Assembly (NCBI GenBank): GCA_963837955.1
Contig: CAWIPH010000002.1
Location: 2,240,001 to 2,304,000 of the forward strand
Origin: an uncultured Verrucomicrobiae bacterium
GTDB lineage: Bacteria > Verrucomicrobiota > Verrucomicrobiia > Chthoniobacterales > JAFAMB01
Direction: 5' to 3'
Length of the DNA stretch: 64,000 nt
The position numbers and the translations under genes are program-made. The notes under the pieces are model-generated. The model saw only the letters and a list, made by a program, of their open reading frames with translations, was not told the origin of the DNA and made no database searches. Shown one piece after another: positions 58,890 to 64,000 of the stretch; positions within the stretch are counted from its first letter, which is position 1; every line of letters begins with the position of its first letter.

Positions 58890-60464
58890 CTACCGCTTCC
58901 AGAAACGTGTTAGTAATCGCGCTTCGGGGACTCGCAAGGCCATGGTTCCAGCCGCATAGAGCACTCCGTACAAAGGCAGGAAAATCGCCCCGGCAATCAG
59001 AGGGTGTAGATCGACCCAAATTTGTTTGAGAGGGAAGACTACGGCAGCTGCAAAAATGGCAGCTCCCCAAATCCGTACACCAAGCGAGGCCGGTAGGGCG
59101 AACGATCCAATCCGGCGCTGCAGTGATCGGCGCAGGAGAAGAAATTCCACCCAACCCGCTATTCCAGCCGATGCCGTTAACCCAGGTAGACCGCATTTTG
59201 GATCGAGATGCAGCAGGCTCGGTAAGGGGAAGGCGAAAAGGTAACCGAGCGCCACGGTTAGCACGACGCGGATAATCGCGAAGCGCAAGGGCGTTCGGGT
59301 ATCCCGCAATGCATAGAAAGCGGATGAACAGAGCCGGCCGAAAGTTGAAGCCAACAGTCCTACCCCGGATCCCGCCAGCAAAGCCCAGACATAAAGCGTA
59401 TCTACGTGGGTGAATAGCCCGGTCTGATAGAGAACGGCCGCGATGGTGTCACCGAGAGCAACGAAAGCCATCGCCGCCGGAATCACGAAGAACGCCATGC
59501 GCCGGAGTGCGGCCGTGAGGCGGGTGGTCAGTTCGGAACGCACCTCTTTCTCATCTCCTGCGAGTGCGCGCGACATCGCCGGCAGTTCCGCAGCAGAAAT
59601 CGACATGCCAAATAGGCTGATCGGAAGCAGTCCGATATTCTGGGCGTAACCAAGCAGGGCAACGGAGCCAGAAGGCAGAAGACTGGCCAAGACCGAGTCG
59701 AGGTATGCGCTGAGCTGCACCACTCCGCGGCTGATGAATACCGGTACGAAATTATGGAGGACGCTTTGTACGGACGGAGAAGATAACTTCAAAGAAAAGC
59801 GAAGACGCCGGGTGACCCGCAGCACCGTGGGCACCTGAACAAGCAGCTGAGCGAGACTGCCCACAACGGAACTCCAGCCGACATAGATGACCAGTTGAGA
59901 AAGCGAACTCGTGTTTCGGAAAATGAGGAGGCCGGCGATGATGCAGAGATTCCAGGCGACAGGTGCCGTGTAGGAGAGAAAGAAGCGTCCGTGACTGTTC
60001 AAGATGCCAAGACACCACGCTGACATCACCAGGGCACCCACACCTGGAAACATGATCTGTACTAGCGTGATGGTAAGTTGCCGTTTCTCGCCGCTAAATC
60101 CCGGGGCGATTATATCGATCAGGAAAGGGGTGGCCAAAATCCCCAGGATCACGCAGATCGAAATGACCACCGCCAAGAGCGATCCGATTACGCCGGCTAC
60201 CCGATCGGCTTCTTCATCATTGTTGCTGCCTAACAACCGCGAGTATGTCGGAATGAATGACGCGGAGAGAACGCCTTCGCCAAAGAGATTCTGAAGTATA
60301 TTCGGGATACGGAGGGCTGCTCGAAATGCATCGGCAGCGTCGGTGCTTCCGAGAAAATGGGCGAGGGAACGATCTCGAATCAATCCGGCGATCCGACTGA
60401 GCATGATCCCGGCGGCAACCAAAAATGCGGGACGACCGGAGGGAGACGGCGAGGCGGGCTTCAA
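58890..60464 (-). CDS. murJ: Lipid II flippase MurJ
   Basis: SRIAGLIRD, ADAF..ALRIPN..LFGEG.LSASFIP, FYALRDTRTP. Confidence 0.94.
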   Translation of the reverse strand: MKPASPSPSGRPAFLVAAGIMLSRIAGLIRDRSLAHFLGSTDAADAFRAALRIPNILQNLFGEGVLSASFIPTYSRLLGSNNDEEADRVAGVIGSLLAVVISICVILGILATPFLIDIIAPGFSGEKRQLTITLVQIMFPGVGALVMSAWCLGILNSHGRFFLSYTAPVAWNLCIIAGLLIFRNTSSLSQLVIYVGWSSVVGSLAQLLVQVPTVLRVTRRLRFSLKLSSPSVQSVLHNFVPVFISRGVVQLSAYLDSVLASLLPSGSVALLGYAQNIGLLPISLFGMSISAAELPAMSRALAGDEKEVRSELTTRLTAALRRMAFFVIPAAMAFVALGDTIAAVLYQTGLFTHVDTLYVWALLAGSGVGLLASTFGRLCSSAFYALRDTRTPLRFAIIRVVLTVALGYLFAFPLPSLLHLDPKCGLPGLTASAGIAGWVEFLLLRRSLQRRIGSFALPASLGVRIWGAAIFAAAVVFPLKQIWVDLHPLIAGAIFLPLYGVLYAAGTMALRVPEARLLTRFWKR

Positions 60465-60728
60465 GGCCAGTAAAGGGAGAAACGGTTGCTGATTATTTTC
60501 GAACAGCAGACCTTCGACTCGAGCTCAGGTCGAGCGAACGCGATAAGATCTCCAATCGAACGCCAGTGCCATTGGCAAGGAAGGGTAATGAGAGAAGGAT
60601 CCATTTGCAGACGGAAATCGGCGCGAGGATGAGATTCATCAGGATCAGCTAGGAGTACATGATCGGGAGAAGAACACAAGAGTTCAGAATACCCGAGCCG
60701 GTAGCGGCGACTGCGCTTGCGAGATCTG

Positions 60729-60958
60729 TCCCGGGAGGGACACAGTGAAAGTAGCCCAGCACGAAGTGCTGGGATAGCGTTAAGGACGCGTCCGTCCCGC
60801 TAGGGACGATCGATTCACCCTCTGCGCTCGTGAAGTCGGATCGGATACCATTACATCAAAGTTTCGATCGTCCCTAGCGGGACGGCACCCCTTTATACGA
60901 GCTACCCAGTCCCGCGGCCGCGGGACTGGGCTACTATCACGACGTCCCCTTTGGGACG
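60729..60958. repeat. GTCCCG..GGGAC / GTAGCCCAG REP doublet
   Basis: Homologous to the core of 30474-30700. Confidence 0.78.
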
Positions 60959-61040
60959 AAGACACATATCACGAAGTCAGCCATCCATAAAACCCCGCGG
61001 TCGCGGCGTTGTCGGACAGTCGCCGCTACCAATCCCGGCC

Positions 61041-62864
61041 TTACTTCACTTCGATCGATATGTTGATGGCCGAACCGGCGCCGGTCCCGTCGGTCGCGAT
61101 AAAATGCGTTTCCAGCGTTTTCCCGCGGTCAGCGGCACTCGGGACGAATGTGAATGTTCTTCCGTCGAAACTACCAACGTCAGAGCTCCAGCGATAAAAG
61201 TGAACAGGGAAATGCTCCGGGTCTTCCGCTGTGACATCGAACCGCACATTTTGCCCGACCGTGGCGTTGATCGAGTTGGTGCGCAGGGTCGTCCGAATTA
61301 CCGGATGGCGGTTCTCAAACACTGAAGCGTTCGGGTCATTTTCGCGATCTTGGCTGTCCGCGGCTGGATTGTAGTAGAATTGGTCGACCAGCATGAAATG
61401 CCCGCTTTGCGGGTAGAAAAAATTAACAAAGGCCGGATTGCTCTTAAATGAACCGTTACTCGCAGTTACGATGACCGGGATTCGCCCCAATGGAAGTTTC
61501 GAATCAAACCGCACTGTGATTCGATAGGTGGAATGGTCGAGCCGAGCCACCGTAACGTTACGCTGCTCTGGATAGAGCGGTTGGACGGTGAACTCTAGCG
61601 GTAGATTCTGGAGATCATAAGAGTGCCCAAGGTCAATGTCGGTCACTATGGTTTCTCCGCGCTTCGGCCAGAAGCGCATCATCGTCGCATGGACTCCTTT
61701 GATGCGCTCGTTTTGGGTGCTGGGCGGAACGATTACATTTCCTTTCGCATCTAGCACCGTCAGAGAGCGGAGCCGGAGAATTGCGGCAGGAGGAGCTACC
61801 TTCATCGAGCGGGCCATCTCGATCATGCGTTTCAGATGAAGGAGATTGTCGTAACGATGGAACTCCGAGTTGAAGGGTGTGAACTCTTTCAAGCCGCCGG
61901 CGGGATTGTCCGCTTCGGGATATGGAAAGTCCCCGATGTCGCCATTGGAATAGTAGGCTGGACGATGGCGCAACTCGTTTTCGTATGGCACTTCGGCTCC
62001 GTGAGCATCGACGAACGGAAGATTGGCGCGAAAAAGCATCAGGAGGGCCGAAGCATATAGACCATGCCGCTTGAGTAACTCCTTGGTCGGCCGAGGTAAA
62101 CATGCCCCGGCGTAAAGCATCTTAAAGAGACCCTGAATTTCGCTGTTCGATCGGCCGAGCGATTGAAAGTACGCTGATGACAGAGCGTCGTAGAGATCGG
62201 TCGTCCTATCCGGCAAATTTTCCTGGTACGACCAAAGGGCGGGCGCGCTGTAGACGATATTGGCGAACAGAAATTCGCGTTCGAGGCGCGTGTACTCGGC
62301 CGGATTCCGGGCAATTTGGTGCCCGTGAAGGCGTTCCGACTGGCTAACTGTGACAACGCCAAGATCGCGTAACTGTTGCGTAGTCGGAACGCCGTAATCG
62401 ATCCGCATGAACTGGTCTTCAACGTATTTACCGATCTTGAATTTGTTCCCGCTCCCAAGGTCAGGGTCTGCCAGCGGCGCCGAATGTCCGAAATCGAGCG
62501 ACGCGCAGGCATCGTCCCAGAAGCCGGCAACATCCTGTGAGTTATCTGAAGTGACCCGTACGAAATCGATCGGATAATTTCGCAATGCTGACAGATCGGG
62601 AAACAGACGTCGTTCTGGCGGTAACGGCTTAAACGTTGTGGTCTTCGTCGATTTCTCGAATGGGGCGGTGTAACTCACCGGCGCCGGATCTAAGAACCAA
62701 AGTTTCCAGCTCGGGCGTGAGTAGTAAGGATTCTTGATAGCATCCTTTTCCGCCCGAGGTGAGGCGGACAGTTGGCCAGTCTGCCCAAGAATCGCTTGAG
62801 GAACGAGGACCGCCCATAAGCTCAATCCCGCAGCCGCAAAGATTCGGCAAACCATGAGGAGCAC
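61041..62864 (-). CDS. Hypothetical secreted protein with C-terminal Ig/cadherin-like domain
   Basis: 607 aa, N-terminal hydrophobic leader; C-terminus N.HP..VTAEDPE..FTF.P..ATDG. Confidence 0.7.
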   Translation of the reverse strand: MLLMVCRIFAAAGLSLWAVLVPQAILGQTGQLSASPRAEKDAIKNPYYSRPSWKLWFLDPAPVSYTAPFEKSTKTTTFKPLPPERRLFPDLSALRNYPIDFVRVTSDNSQDVAGFWDDACASLDFGHSAPLADPDLGSGNKFKIGKYVEDQFMRIDYGVPTTQQLRDLGVVTVSQSERLHGHQIARNPAEYTRLEREFLFANIVYSAPALWSYQENLPDRTTDLYDALSSAYFQSLGRSNSEIQGLFKMLYAGACLPRPTKELLKRHGLYASALLMLFRANLPFVDAHGAEVPYENELRHRPAYYSNGDIGDFPYPEADNPAGGLKEFTPFNSEFHRYDNLLHLKRMIEMARSMKVAPPAAILRLRSLTVLDAKGNVIVPPSTQNERIKGVHATMMRFWPKRGETIVTDIDLGHSYDLQNLPLEFTVQPLYPEQRNVTVARLDHSTYRITVRFDSKLPLGRIPVIVTASNGSFKSNPAFVNFFYPQSGHFMLVDQFYYNPAADSQDRENDPNASVFENRHPVIRTTLRTNSINATVGQNVRFDVTAEDPEHFPVHFYRWSSDVGSFDGRTFTFVPSAADRGKTLETHFIATDGTGAGSAINISIEVK

Positions 62865-62935
62865 CCGATTCTATCCACAGTCCAAGATTCGGCAAGCTAG
62901 ATGAACGGAGACGACTTGTTAGGATGCCGGCTGAC

Positions 62936-64000
62936 TTAGTGTGGGGCGCTGGCCTCGGATGTGCCGAGCGCCGCGAGATGCATCACCTTTTCTTCTGTTG
63001 CATTGCTCCGCGTAAGTTCGCCGGTCAATCTGCCGTGGCGCATGATGAGAACCCGATCCGCCAAAGCCAGCACCTCAGGCAAATCGCTTGAGATAACTAA
63101 GATCGCGATCCCTTCGCGAACCAACTCATCAAATAATCCATAGATCTCGGCCTTGGTTCCGATGTCGACACCGCGAGTTGGCTCGTCGACGATGAGCACC
63201 GCCGGCTGAACGGCGAGCCATTTGGCCAGGAGCACCTTTTGCTGATTGCCGCCGCTCAGGAGCCCCGTCCTTTGTTGGAAACTTGGCGTGCGAACGCGCA
63301 GCCGAGAGACATACTTCCCTATTAGCTGGTTTTCTGCCGGGTAATCGACAAACGGACCGCGAGCCACCCGCCGGAGGGCCGCGCTGGAGATATTGGAACC
63401 GACCTCCGCACCCAGGACTAATCCCATCGTTTTGCGATCTTCTGGGACATAGGCGATCCCGGCCATCACCGCATCCTTCGGCCGGCGGAAATTTGCTTTG
63501 TTTCCTCGCAAGAAAACATCGCCGCGGTCCGGTGGTAATGAACCGAAAATGCCAAGCGCCATCTCGCTTCGTCCAGCCCCGATGAGTCCAGCCATGGCTA
63601 CGATCTCGCCGCAGCGAAGTTCAAAAGTGACATCTTCGTATTGGCCTTTCTTAGAAAGGTTGTTTACCCGCAGGACGACTTCCCCTTTTGGTTCAACCGG
63701 GTTTCGATGGAAGGCCAGGAGTTCGCGTCCGACCATGAATCGTACTGCTTCGGCCTCTGTCGTGGCCTTGGTTGGAACCGTGCAAACGTGCCGGCCGTCG
63801 CGTAACACCGTTAGCGTATCACAAAGCGAAAAGACTTCAGGAAGTCGATGAGAGATGTAGAGGATGGTGACGCCGTGCGCCTTGAGATCGGCAATCACGC
63901 GGAACAGAATGGCAGATTCGGTCTCGGAAAGGCTGGAGGTTGGTTCATCCAGGATCAAGAGACGGGGATTTCGGACGAGACTTTTGCAAATCTCGATGAG
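62936..64000 (-). CDS. Sugar ABC transporter ATP-binding protein (5' end outside window)
   Basis: ILDEPT, YISHRL, LSGGNQQK, DEPTRGVDIG. Confidence 0.92.
   Translation of the reverse strand, partial: LIEICKSLVRNPRLLILDEPTSSLSETESAILFRVIADLKAHGVTILYISHRLPEVFSLCDTLTVLRDGRHVCTVPTKATTEAEAVRFMVGRELLAFHRNPVEPKGEVVLRVNNLSKKGQYEDVTFELRCGEIVAMAGLIGAGRSEMALGIFGSLPPDRGDVFLRGNKANFRRPKDAVMAGIAYVPEDRKTMGLVLGAEVGSNISSAALRRVARGPFVDYPAENQLIGKYVSRLRVRTPSFQQRTGLLSGGNQQKVLLAKWLAVQPAVLIVDEPTRGVDIGTKAEIYGLFDELVREGIAILVISSDLPEVLALADRVLIMRHGRLTGELTRSNATEEKVMHLAALGTSEASAPH

Noticed and set aside
60461..60679. 72 aa ORF abutting murJ
   Set aside because: No motif or clear start signal; cannot support as a gene

Overview
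This is a 64 kb chromosomal window with no prophage or CRISPR. Gene content and the dense palindromic intergenic repeats suggest a soil-type Verrucomicrobiota (Chthoniobacterales-like) genome; this is inference only. In order, it holds the end of a myo-inositol operon (iolD, iolB, iolE), tRNA-Gln(CTG), and a halogenase-like/acyltransferase/LolA cluster. Next come aroF, OPT, LOG, ACP, tlyA-nadK-PTS IIA, an intact IS4-family (IS186-like) element inserted in a REP hairpin, degP with a two-component system, and assorted singletons. A metal-homeostasis region at about 35.8-53 kb encodes a His/Cys-rich RGPP-terminated leader ORF, a TonB receptor, a CusRS-like pair, an ECF sigma/anti-sigma, czcCBA, an MnoP-like porin, a second beta-barrel and mntH. 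The window ends with sugar ABC genes and murJ. The best candidate for an undescribed system is the RGPP ribosome-arrest-type leader (35823-36146) ahead of the TonB receptor. The second is a modular, nested set of non-autonomous palindromic elements, one pair of which brackets the tRNA. All calls come from motif recognition by eye; no database searches were run.
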